Below, in pieces: positions 19,454 through 28,054 of a DNA stretch of 64,000 nucleotides (position 1 is the stretch's first letter; every line of letters begins with the position of its first letter). Both the position numbers and the translations under genes were made by a program. The stretch spans positions 1 through 64,000 of the forward strand of contig DAOWGI010000004.1 in assembly GCA_030637655.1 (NCBI GenBank), written 5' to 3'. The notes beneath the pieces were generated by a model. It was not told the origin of the DNA and made no database searches. It was given only the letters and a program-made list of their open reading frames with translations. This stretch comes from a candidate division FCPU426 bacterium. Its GTDB lineage: Bacteria; Oederibacteriota; JAAXVQ01; JAUVAV01.

Positions 19454-19526
19454 AAAAAGTAGGAGAGTTGAAGTTGTTACCAGTTGTACCGGTAAGCCGC
19501 AGGAAGCAGGATCAGTAAAGGATGGT

Positions 19527-22199
19527 ATGCAAAAGGCAAAAGTGAGTAAGCACAACTGGCTTACGTGGTTGGAAGCGGAGCAATTTACACCGTATGAGGT
19601 CGGTGGCAAGGCCTGGAATTTAGGACGCTTGGCCAAAGCCGGATTCCGGGTGCCCAAAGGCGGAGTCGTTCCGTGCCAGGTGTACCGGCATTATCTGCGA
19701 TTTGTGGGAGTATACGCATCCTGCCAAAAAATATTAAAAAAAATTCAAAATTCAAAAAAACTCGCTCAGCCTGAATTGGAAAAAGAGCTTGAACACATAC
19801 GCGACAAGATAGAACAAGGAAAATTTTTTCCTGCCTTAAGAAGGGAACTCGCTCGTCATTGGCAACGCTTGGAGGTGCAACGTTATCCGGTGGCAGTTCG
19901 CTCTTCTTCCAGTACTGAAGATTGCGGCCAAGCTTCGTGCGCCGGAATCTACACCTCCTATTTGCAGGTAATCGGAATAAAGTCCATTATACAGCATATA
20001 AAAAAATGTTATGCCTCTGGTTGGACCATGCAGGCTATGCTCTATTTGCGCAAGATGGGTTTAGTACCTGGAGAGATGGCGGTGGTGATTATGCACATGA
20101 TTCCCGCTGAATCAGCGGGCGTGGCTTTTACCTGCGATCCGCGCACTGGGAACCGGCAGGTCATGGTGATTAATGCCAATTGGGGATTGGGCGAGGCGGT
20201 GGTTAATGGCCGTGTGGATCCGGATACCTACCATATTACCGCCAAATCACAGGTGCCGGAAGTAGCGCACAAACAGAGGGGAAGCAAAGAAGGGCGGGTA
20301 CTTCCCAATATTGAAGGAGGAACCAGGTTTGAAGCCTTTACTCCGGAGGAGATTAAGCTACAGCGCCGGGAGGTTTTAAATGACGCGCAACTGAGTGTTT
20401 TGGGTTGGAATCTAACCCGCTTGCGCGGTGCTTTTTTAGGTGAGCATACACACCTGGATCTGGAATGGGTTTTTAACGGCACGGTATTTTACTGGCTGCA
20501 AATGCGGCCGGTAACCACCTTGCGCTCTCAACCCGGTTACAGCAAGCGGACCTCTGAGATGACCTGGCTGTACAGTTATTTCACGCCCGGAGTGCAATCA
20601 CCCTTAAGCTGGAGTTCTTTGCAGCTGATCCTGGAGCGGATGTTTGTGGCGCCCTTTCAGGCCGCGGAGTATTCGTTTGCCGCCACCCAACACATTGTCA
20701 GATTGCACCAAGGACGGATTTATTTTAATCTGAGTTTTTTAGAGCAGGAGATGTATGCGGCTTTTGGAATATTGCCGGAAGTTTTTGGGGAAGATTTCGG
20801 TGTCCAGCCAACCACCAGGACAGTAAAGCGTCCGGCAACTGTGCGCGAGCAGTGGGGCTGGGGCCGACGCAGTCTTAAATGTCTATGGCAGATGCTGCGG
20901 CAGTATTGGAAAGCGGATATCTTTTTGCAAGAGGTTACGAGCCTGGTCAAGAGTAAGTTGCAAAGCAATATACGGTCATTTACGGACCAGGAATTGATTG
21001 AGCATGGCCAACAGATTTTTACTGTTATGGAGGCCAAACGTTTTGCCTTGCGTTCACAGCTCTTGTATATTTTTGCCAGTGTTATGTACAATGCGCTGGT
21101 TAAAAGTTTGCAGCCGTTGTTTGAAAAAAAAAGCACGATACTGGCCAACAGCCTGCTCTCAGATGAAAAAGAAATGACCGCGGCGGATTACAATTATCAC
21201 TTAGGCCGGATCGCAAAAAAAATAAAAAACGATGCCGACGCAATTCGGTTTTTTACAGCTAATAAATTTGATCCCAAAAAATGGCAAGCGTGCCTGCCAA
21301 AATCGTCACCTGTGCGCAAAGCCTTTGAGCGCTTTCTTAATTTGCACGGCCATCGCGGGGTAGAAGAAATTGATCTAAAAAATCCGCGTTGGAAAGAAGA
21401 TCCTACGTATGTGCTGGAATGCTTGCGGCATATGGTGCAAGCTACAGACTTTTTCAAACTGCAAGAGCAAAAACAGGCGCGCCGGGAGGCGGCGTGGCAG
21501 GAGATCAAAAAGCAGGCCTCTATCCGGCGGCTGTTATGGATCCGATTCTTGGTTAAACACGCGCTGAAAAGCGCTGCTTTGCGGGAACAGGCTAAATCCG
21601 CGGTTATTCTTCCCGTGTCATTATCGAGAACCATAGCATTGGAAATGGGCGGGCGTTTGTGTAAACGAAAGCTACTAAAACAGAAGAAAGATGTATTTTA
21701 TTGCACCTGGCCGGAACTGGTTGAGGTCTTAGAACAACACTGGGATGGCAAGGTTCTGACCGGTTTAGTGCAAGAGCGTCAAGCCGAAGAGGCACTGAAT
21801 AAAAAGCGTCCGGTGCAAGACCGGCTGAGAGCGAGTGCGCAGGGCATACAAAAGCCGGGAGTCAGACGCATTCGTTCCGAAAAAAAACAATTCCAGGGCT
21901 TGGGGATAGCGGCAGGTACGATCCGGGCTCGAGCCAGGCGGTTGCAGCATCCGAACGAAGGGCATAAACTCAAACCCGGTGATATTCTGGTAACCTCCTT
22001 TGTAGATCCGGGCTGGACACCCTTGTTGTTACAAATTTCCGGTCTGGTCATTGAAAAAGGCGGCTATTTATCCCATGGCGCGATAGTGGCCAGAGAGTAC
22101 GGCATTCCGGCTGTTTCCAATGTGCACGGAATCTTGAATCACATCAGAGACAACCAAATAATCACCGTCGATGGAGATTATGGCACAGTAAGGATATAA
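19527..22199 (+). CDS. PEP/pyruvate-binding ATP-grasp + PEP-utilising His-swivel enzyme (rifampin phosphotransferase/PigC architecture)
   Basis: VGGKAWNL, VAVRSSSSTED..SCAG, WGLGEAVVNG, LQMRPVT; HGHRG..EIDL..PRWKEDP; DPGWTPL..SHGAIVAREYGIPAV. Confidence 0.88.
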   Translation: MQKAKVSKHNWLTWLEAEQFTPYEVGGKAWNLGRLAKAGFRVPKGGVVPCQVYRHYLRFVGVYASCQKILKKIQNSKKLAQPELEKELEHIRDKIEQGKFFPALRRELARHWQRLEVQRYPVAVRSSSSTEDCGQASCAGIYTSYLQVIGIKSIIQHIKKCYASGWTMQAMLYLRKMGLVPGEMAVVIMHMIPAESAGVAFTCDPRTGNRQVMVINANWGLGEAVVNGRVDPDTYHITAKSQVPEVAHKQRGSKEGRVLPNIEGGTRFEAFTPEEIKLQRREVLNDAQLSVLGWNLTRLRGAFLGEHTHLDLEWVFNGTVFYWLQMRPVTTLRSQPGYSKRTSEMTWLYSYFTPGVQSPLSWSSLQLILERMFVAPFQAAEYSFAATQHIVRLHQGRIYFNLSFLEQEMYAAFGILPEVFGEDFGVQPTTRTVKRPATVREQWGWGRRSLKCLWQMLRQYWKADIFLQEVTSLVKSKLQSNIRSFTDQELIEHGQQIFTVMEAKRFALRSQLLYIFASVMYNALVKSLQPLFEKKSTILANSLLSDEKEMTAADYNYHLGRIAKKIKNDADAIRFFTANKFDPKKWQACLPKSSPVRKAFERFLNLHGHRGVEEIDLKNPRWKEDPTYVLECLRHMVQATDFFKLQEQKQARREAAWQEIKKQASIRRLLWIRFLVKHALKSAALREQAKSAVILPVSLSRTIALEMGGRLCKRKLLKQKKDVFYCTWPELVEVLEQHWDGKVLTGLVQERQAEEALNKKRPVQDRLRASAQGIQKPGVRRIRSEKKQFQGLGIAAGTIRARARRLQHPNEGHKLKPGDILVTSFVDPGWTPLLLQISGLVIEKGGYLSHGAIVAREYGIPAVSNVHGILNHIRDNQIITVDGDYGTVRI

Positions 22200-22320
22200 G
22201 TAGGGGCGAGGTGCATGTAATCGCCCCACACAAACGATTTAATCGTCCTCAAAACCGGGAATCAATATAAATCACTGCGAAAATGCAATCAGGGGCGAAA
22301 ACATGGTTTCGCCCCTACGG
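22200..22320. repeat. REP doublet (REPIN-like) left of the RAYT
   Basis: gtaggggcg..cgcccc, spacer, aggggcgaaaacatggtttcgcccctac; near-identical direct repeat at 23052-23171. Confidence 0.9.
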
Positions 22321-22383
22321 AATAAAATTTAAAAATATTCTGCAAGGAATTGTTAGAAATATTGTCTATAGGAACACCTGGAG

Positions 22384-23055
22384 GTGATTCTTATGGACAG
22401 ATACCGTCGTCAATCAATTCGTTTAAAGGATTTTGATTATTCACAGGACGGGGCGTATTTTGTGACAATATGTGTTAATCATCGCAAATGTTTATTCGGT
22501 GAAATAAATGATGGCGCAATGATATTGAATGCAGCCGGTGGGATGATTCGGAAATGGTGGGATAAGTTGCAGGAAAAATACCCTATTGTTGAAATCGATG
22601 AATATATTATTATGCCAAACCATTTTCACGGAATAATCCACATCATTGGGAATAAATCAACCGTAGGGGCGAATCCATGTATTCGCCCCTTCAATCCATG
22701 TATTCGCCCCTTCAATCCATGTATTCGCCCCTTCAATCCATGTAATCGTCCACAAAAAAACGGGATCAATACAAATCAATGTAACAAAACCGTTAGGGGC
22801 GAAAACACGGTTTCGCCCCTACAGGGATTGGGTCGATACGTTTCCTGGTTCAAACGGATGACCACCAATGCATATATTCGTGGGGTTTATCAAAAGAAAT
22901 GGCCTATTTTTGATAAAAAATTATGGCAGCGCAATTATTACGAGCGTGTGATCCGCAATGACATTGAATTGAAACAAATCCGGGAATACATTGTGGAAAA
23001 TCCGATAAAATGGGAAACCGATGAAAACCATCCAGATGCAACCAAGCAACCGTAG
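22384..23055 (+). mobile_element. REP-associated tyrosine transposase (RAYT, Y1 HUH family)
   Basis: RRQSIRLKDFDYSQDGAYFVTIC, MPNHFHGII (HUH), LWQRNYYERVIR, YIVENP; flanked by REPs; the stop codon is the TAG of the downstream REP GTAG. Confidence 0.92.
22663..22822. repeat. REP doublet with a 21-bp tandem expansion inside the RAYT reading frame
   Basis: gtaggggcgaatccatgtattcgcccc, about three copies of caatccatgtattcgcccctt, closing aggggcgaaaacacggtttcgcccctac; translated as VGANPCIRPFNPCIRPFNPCIRPFNPCNRP... Confidence 0.9.
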
Positions 23056-23171
23056 GGGCGAATCCATGTAATCGCCCCACACAAACGATTTAATCGTCCT
23101 CAAAACCGGGAATCAATATAAATCACGGCGAAAATGCAATCAGGGGCGAAAACATGGTTTCGCCCCTACGG
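23052..23171. repeat. REP doublet right of the RAYT (direct repeat of 22200-22320)
   Basis: Near-identical 120-bp sequence. Confidence 0.9.
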
Positions 23172-23421
23172 CATTTTTCTGTGGTGAATCTCCCTTAATT
23201 AGAATTTCATCATTTATTCGGCAACAGGAAAGAGGAAAGGGGAAAAGGGGGTGTTCTTCATTGCTGGCCCGGACCATATGAAATTATGAATATTCCGGGT
23301 TAGAGGTTAAATGGTTTACGAAGAACGTCCCGGGTTACGGTTTATGAAGTGACAGCTTTTTAAGAATATGGTACGATCGGCTTGAAAGCGTGTATATTTT
23401 GAATTGTGAGGAATTCAGGAA

Positions 23422-23745
23422 ATGCCATCCGCCCCTGTCCGGAAAAAGATTAAGCAAATGATTGACCGGATTGTGAAAAAATTCCAACCGGAAAAAATCA
23501 TTCTCTTTGGATCATATGCGCGCGGCACAAACACCCGTGACAGCGACATTGATTTGCTGATCGTGATGAAGCATGTTCAGTCCAAGCGAGAGCAGCAAAT
23601 CGCCATTCGTGTGTTGCTGCAAGATGTCGGTATTCCAAAGGATATTATTGTCACAACCAGCGATGAATTTCGCCGTCACAAAAACATCGTCGGGACCGTG
23701 GCCTATCCAGCGGCGCGCGAGGGAAAAATCCTCTATGCCAGATAA
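23422..23745 (+). CDS. Minimal nucleotidyltransferase (MNT antitoxin)
   Basis: KIILFGSYARG..DSDIDLL (GS..DxD motif); overlaps the HEPN gene. Confidence 0.9.
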   Translation: MPSAPVRKKIKQMIDRIVKKFQPEKIILFGSYARGTNTRDSDIDLLIVMKHVQSKREQQIAIRVLLQDVGIPKDIIVTTSDEFRRHKNIVGTVAYPAAREGKILYAR

Positions 23746-24130
23746 AAAGGATATCCGGAACGTTGTCACGCAATGGACAAAAAAGGCGGATCACGATTTG
23801 AAAGTGGCGGAACATACGCTTGGAATCCAAAGGGACTGTCCCACTGAAATCGTGTGTTTTCACAGCCAACAATGTGTGGAAAAATATTTAAAAGCCTATT
23901 TGGTCTCCATTAATAAACCATTTCCCAAAATTCATAATATTGAACAATTGTTCATGTTGTTCCCAAAGCAGTTCTCTTTCAATATATCATCAGAAGAAAA
24001 AGCGAGATTAACCGAATATGCGACCATGGCCAGATATCCGGGGAATGTAGAGCCGATAACCATTACCGAAGCCAAAAAGTCAGTGCTGCTGGCCAAAAGG
24101 ATTCGTCGTTGGGTCAGGCAGTTATTGTGA
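23735..24130 (+). CDS. HEPN domain protein (MNT-HEPN toxin-antitoxin partner)
   Basis: WxxKAxxDL, CFHSQQCVEKYLKAYL, FPKIHNI, ARYP; ATG overlaps the MNT 3' end. Confidence 0.88.
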   Translation: MPDKKDIRNVVTQWTKKADHDLKVAEHTLGIQRDCPTEIVCFHSQQCVEKYLKAYLVSINKPFPKIHNIEQLFMLFPKQFSFNISSEEKARLTEYATMARYPGNVEPITITEAKKSVLLAKRIRRWVRQLL

Positions 24131-24366
24131 GAGCAGCAGTGCAGCGGAACAGTGCTGCGAAAATAATATCAGATGATCTGCTGTACTGTTTGAAGAGCAA
24201 GCGCCAGTCACATAAAAATCCGAATCTTATGTTCGCCCGTGGTGTGTAAGAGCAGGCCCCTGCCTGTGCCCGTATTTTGGGTATGCCTGACCGGGGAAAC
24301 GAGAATGTTTCTGAAACAATGACTTTGGAAAACAGCCTAAGTCATAAAATCACGAACGTCCCGGTT

Positions 24367-24440
24367 CACTAGGATTCATGGAGTATGAGAAGATCAAAGG
24401 AGTGTCTTAACTGCGTGTCCACTAAATTGGGGGAAGATCA
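24367..24440 (+). mobile_element. IS3-family right-end remnant (terminal inverted repeat plus last transposase codons)
   Basis: Reverse complement reads TGATCTTCCCCCAATTTAGTGGACACGCAG, a typical IS3-type terminus; preceded by SLGFMEYEKIKGVS*, resembling an OrfB tail. Confidence 0.7.
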
Positions 24441-24484
24441 GAACGTCTTCATTCACGTGTAATTAAAAATACCGGAGTGGAAAA

Positions 24485-25345
24485 ATGGGCGAGAAACAAA
24501 AAATAGTTATAGTTGATGACGAAGCTGATACAAGAAAACTATTGCGCTTATCGCTAATAGAAATTCATGATAAATATGAGATAATTGAATTCGATAGTCC
24601 GATAAATGCATTGGAAAAAATAAACAAAATTAATAATATTAGTTTATTAATAACAGACATTATGATGCCAAGCATAAATGGATATCAATTTGCACAAATA
24701 TTCAGAGATAAGCATAAAGATATACCGATACTATTTATATCAGTTAGCTCATTTACTCCTGACACATTATTGACCATTACAGAAATAGGAAAAGCTGATT
24801 GCATTAGTAAACCATTTGATCCTTATGAAATAATTGTTCATATTAAAGATGCATTGAATGGTTTTGACATGAGTAGCAACACTGTTAGTTTTGTTGTACA
24901 TGGACAGGATAAAGTAAGATTAGATGAATTAACGAAATTAATAAATGGTGAGTTGGGGCTTAATTACCCAATAAAGTTAAATGAAAAACCATCACGAGGT
25001 TTAACAATAATAGAAAAGCTAGAAAATATAAGTAATGAAAAAATAGATGTAGTTTTTATAATGCTAACTCCAGACGATATGATTTGTGATGAAACTAACA
25101 CTGAGAATAACAATAAAATTAGAAGAGCACGCCAGAATGTAATACTTGAATTAGGATATTTTATAGGACGATTTGGAAGAAAAAGCGGGAAAATAATAAT
25201 ATTATATGATAAAAATGTTGAACTTCCATCAGATATAAACGGTATAGTTTATATTGATATTACGAATGGAATTGAAGAATCAAAAGGAAAAATAATAAAT
25301 GAAATGCAGCATATAACAAATCATAAGAAATCACTTCGGAAATGA
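24485..25345 (+). CDS. Response-regulator receiver fused to a CAP12/Pycsar-type TIR-like domain
   Basis: IVIVDDE..LITDIMMP..SKPF (REC); FVVHGQD..GLTIIEKLE..LTPDD..RARQNVILELGYFIG..LPSDINGIVY (TIR-like); very AT-rich. Confidence 0.88.
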   Translation: MGEKQKIVIVDDEADTRKLLRLSLIEIHDKYEIIEFDSPINALEKINKINNISLLITDIMMPSINGYQFAQIFRDKHKDIPILFISVSSFTPDTLLTITEIGKADCISKPFDPYEIIVHIKDALNGFDMSSNTVSFVVHGQDKVRLDELTKLINGELGLNYPIKLNEKPSRGLTIIEKLENISNEKIDVVFIMLTPDDMICDETNTENNNKIRRARQNVILELGYFIGRFGRKSGKIIILYDKNVELPSDINGIVYIDITNGIEESKGKIINEMQHITNHKKSLRK

Positions 25346-25378
25346 ACCACCCTGGGGCAAGCCCCAGGGTGGTTCATT
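25341..25378. terminator. Perfect hairpin between convergent genes (terminator or GCAAGC-loop REP)
   Basis: aatgaaccaccctggggc-aa-gccccagggtggttcatt. Confidence 0.65.
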
Positions 25379-25432
25379 AAGCCACCAGTTGCTCCCGGCA
25401 CCAGGTTTGAAACTTCGCTCGTCCCCGGTTTT

Positions 25433-25744
25433 TTAACCCCTCTCCACCCACTTGCTCTTTTCTAAATACTCCTTCAAATCAAAGTCCTTATTATCGTCGT
25501 TAAGTTGTTTAATGAGTAAACGCATCATTTTGTCTGGTTGGATTTCCAAGGCAGTGGATAAGCGAAGAAAGTTGCGGATGGCGATGTTGCGGCCGCCGGC
25601 TTCGAGGTCGGCTATAAAGGTCCTATGAACATTGGCTTTTTCGGCCAATTGCTCTTGGGTAAGATGGAGCTTGTTACGCAGGCTTTTCACCACGTAGCCA
25701 AGGCTCTTTTGGATAATGTTCCGTTCTTTAGATTTGGCGGGCAT
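25433..25744 (-). CDS. XRE-family helix-turn-helix regulator
   Basis: LGYVVKSLRNKLHLTQEQLAEKANVHRTFIADLEAGGRNI..LSTALEI. Confidence 0.88.
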   Translation of the reverse strand: MPAKSKERNIIQKSLGYVVKSLRNKLHLTQEQLAEKANVHRTFIADLEAGGRNIAIRNFLRLSTALEIQPDKMMRLLIKQLNDDNKDFDLKEYLEKSKWVERG

Positions 25745-25861
25745 GTTTGTATCATAATTCCTGTGGAAAATAAATAAATAGCAAGTTAGTAACAACGGTA
25801 TTGACGGAAGGCGGGTGCTATGACTAAAATAGAAGAAAGTTAGCACAACGAGGTCAGGCCC

Positions 25862-26245
25862 ATGCCCAATATCCTCATCATTGAAGACAATTCCAATCTC
25901 CGCGAATCCCTGCGCTTGGCGCTGGAGGGGCCATACTATAACGTCCGCTGCGCGCGGGACGCGGAGCAGGGGCTTTTGTATGTGCTCAACTGGGAACCGG
26001 ATGTGGTGATTACGGATTATATGCTGCCGGGGATGAATGGGATGGAATTTATTGATACCGTAGGGAACGGTCGCGACCGTTCCCTACAAATAAACCGTAA
26101 ACCACGCATCATCCTCATTTCGGCCCGGATGGATGCGGAATTGGAACAAAGTGCCAAGACTGCAGGCGCGGACGGGTGTTTGGGAAAACCGTTTGATTTA
26201 AACAGGCTGACTATGATGATTACGGAACTGACAAAGAATTATTAA
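25862..26245 (+). CDS. Single-domain response regulator (CheY-like) with an in-frame REP insertion
   Basis: ILIIEDN, PDVVITDYMLPGMNG, ILISA, LGKPF. Confidence 0.88.
   Translation: MPNILIIEDNSNLRESLRLALEGPYYNVRCARDAEQGLLYVLNWEPDVVITDYMLPGMNGMEFIDTVGNGRDRSLQINRKPRIILISARMDAELEQSAKTAGADGCLGKPFDLNRLTMMITELTKNY
26060..26087. repeat. Perfect 28-bp GTAG...CTAC REP palindrome inside a coding sequence
   Basis: gtagggaacggtcg|cgaccgttccctac. Confidence 0.85.
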
Positions 26246-26358
26246 TGTTTATCACGAAGGCACGAAGGAAAAGTAAAGAGTTCGAAGGAAGGATGGGGTA
26301 AAAGAAAATCCGCAAATAGACAACGATAAAAATATTGCCACTGATGGACGTGATTTGT

Positions 26359-26531
26359 TTATATCTTTTCAATTATCTTTTTTGCGTGGTTGTAAAAATC
26401 ACGTCCTGTTTTCAACAATTTTTCGCACCCTGCTTGTGACCAGCGGTCATAATAGTCCGCGTCTTCACGCAGGCTTTTTGCCAGTTCTAATCCTTCGATC
26501 AAAGGCAGTCTTCATAATCGTTCCTGCTCAT
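26359..26531 (-). pseudogene. Internally deleted HEPN gene remnant
   Basis: MSRNDYEDCL* then, in another frame, ..LELAKSLREDADYYDRWS..KKIIEKI* (R-x-x-ADY HEPN tail); ATG overlaps the TGA of the upstream MNT pseudogene. Confidence 0.6.
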
Positions 26532-27026
26532 TCCTTGGCCTCCCACAAAATGACGCCGCACTCGATTTCCCGGTTGAATGTCGGATTTTTTTCCGCGAAT
26601 TCGGCCGGTGTTTTGATGATCGCCTAGATTTTCCGCTTACTCTTTGATTTTGGAATCAAATCTGCTGTGCTCTTCGGATCCTTGGTTAGTACGAACAGGT
26701 CGATATCACTGTCAGGATAGTCTTCGCCCCGGCTGGCGCTGCCGAAAAGAATTATTTTAATTGCGTCCGCCCGCAGCTATTCCAGGTTGGGCGCCAGTTG
26801 CAGGACGTTGGTCATGACCTTGTACTGCTTGATAACCGGATTGGAATGGTCCGCCGTATACGTCACGAACCGCCCCCGCTGCTGCCGGTTGATCAGTTTG
26901 TATTTAATGAGTTACCGCAGCGCCAGACAGATCCCGACGCGGCTTAAACCGGTATCTTTTAAAATTTCGTTTGGCAGTTTGTTTTGCCCCGGTCGCTCGA
27001 TCAGATACGCCAGGATTTTGAGGGAG
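26528..27026 (-). pseudogene. Winged-HTH-nucleotidyltransferase pseudogene, 5'-truncated, three in-frame stops
   Basis: Manual translation: SLKILAYLIERPG..TGLSRVGICLALR*LIKYKLI..NLE*LRADAIKIILFGSASRGEDYPDSDIDLFV..RKI*AII..GVILWEAKE*. Stops at 26912-14, 26777-79 and 26624-26. Confidence 0.8.
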
Positions 27027-27029
27027 ATT

Positions 27030-27165
27030 CCATGTAATCGCCCTCAAAACCGGGAATTAATATAAATCACGGCGAAAATGCAATCAGGGGCGAAACTATA
27101 GTTTCGCCCCTACAGAATAAAATTTAAAAAGCTGCAAGGAAATTGGTGGAATTCTGTCTAAAGGA
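27030..27165. repeat. Copy of the RAYT left REP doublet plus RAYT upstream region
   Basis: ctcaaaaccgggaat(t/c)aatataaatcac..aggggcgaaa..tttcgcccctac(a/g)gaataaaatttaaaaa..ctgcaagga..tgtcta..gga matches 22248-22373. Confidence 0.85.
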
Positions 27166-27229
27166 ATAACTTTAAATTCACGGGATTCGCCTTCGCTTCT
27201 TCGGAGCTTTGGCGAGACAAGGAGGCACT

Positions 27230-27760
27230 ATGGCTGAGATTATTCCTTTTGAGCGGATTGAGCAGAAGATATATTTTATTCGCGGGAAGAAAGTGATGCT
27301 GGACAGGGATCTGGCGGAATTGTATGGGGTAACGACAAAAGCTCTGAATCAAGGAGTGAAAAGAAATAAGGGACGGTTTCCTGCGGATTTTATGTATCAG
27401 TTATCGGATGCGGAAAAAGATGAACTGGTCACAAATTGTGACCGGTTGCAGAATATAAAACATTCCAGTGTTTTACCCTATGTTTTTACTGAGAATGGTG
27501 TTGCTATGCTCTCGAGTGTGCTTAAAAGCGCACGTGCGGTACGGATAAACATTCAAATTATGCGCACATTTACCAAACTGCGGGAGTTGATATCTATGAA
27601 CAAGGATCTGTTTCAGCGCTTGAATCGGTATGATGCGCATCTGGCTAAGCACGATAAGGAGATCGCCAATGTGTTTGAAGCCATTCAATGCATTATGGAT
27701 TTGCCGGTGATCTTGCGACGCAAACCTAAGCCTATGGGATTTAAGCCAAGGAAGGAATAG
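27230..27760 (+). CDS. ORF6N (KilA-N-like) DNA-binding domain protein
   Basis: IYFIRGKKVMLDRDLAELYGVTTKALNQGVKRNKGRFPADFMYQL..PYVFTENGVAMLSSVLKS..INIQIMRTF; GGAGG RBS. Confidence 0.92.
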   Translation: MAEIIPFERIEQKIYFIRGKKVMLDRDLAELYGVTTKALNQGVKRNKGRFPADFMYQLSDAEKDELVTNCDRLQNIKHSSVLPYVFTENGVAMLSSVLKSARAVRINIQIMRTFTKLRELISMNKDLFQRLNRYDAHLAKHDKEIANVFEAIQCIMDLPVILRRKPKPMGFKPRKE

Positions 27761-27761
27761 A

Positions 27762-27918
27762 GGGAATAAATCAACCGTAGGGGCGATTCCATGTAATCGC
27801 CCCCCGAATTCATGTATTTGTCCCCCCTCGACCATGTAATCGTCCACAAAAAAAACGGGATTAATACAAATCAATGTAACAAAATCGTTAGGGGCGAAAA
27901 CATGGTTTCGCTCCCACA
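27762..27918. repeat. Diverged copy of the RAYT-internal REP doublet, including adjacent RAYT codons
   Basis: gggaataaatcaaccgtaggggcga..cgtccacaaaaaaaacgggat(t/c)aatacaaatcaatgtaacaaaa..ttaggggcgaaaac matches 22648-22822. Confidence 0.85.
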
Positions 27919-27937
27919 CAATTATTTGCTGTTATTT

Positions 27938-28010
27938 GGCGGGCGAGGACACCTCGCCCCTACGATATTGTTTATTTAATTTGCGGGCAGGTTCGGAACC
28001 TGCCCCTACG
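27938..28010. repeat. Two inverted-orientation REP hairpins (..cccctac)
   Basis: gggcgaggacacctcgcccctacg; gggcaggttcggaacctgcccctacg. Confidence 0.75.
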
Positions 28011-28054
28011 ATATTTTATGCTATACTTACGGAATACTCGTTGGGGGATGATGA

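Noticed and set aside
19527-22199. Calling the PEP-utilising enzyme a rifampin resistance gene or PEP synthase
   Set aside because: The architecture is shared by many small-molecule kinases and condensing enzymes; it lacks the C-terminal PEP-binding barrel of PpsA and sits in a biosynthetic operon.
22663-22750. Short direct repeats resembling a CRISPR array
   Set aside because: Units are contiguous 21-mers with no unique spacers, derive from the REP, and no cas genes are present.
26528-27026. Stop-codon reassignment or readthrough explaining three in-frame stops
   Set aside because: Stops are mixed TAA and TAG, both end normal genes in this window, the gene is 5'-truncated and its HEPN partner is deleted; a pseudogene is simpler.
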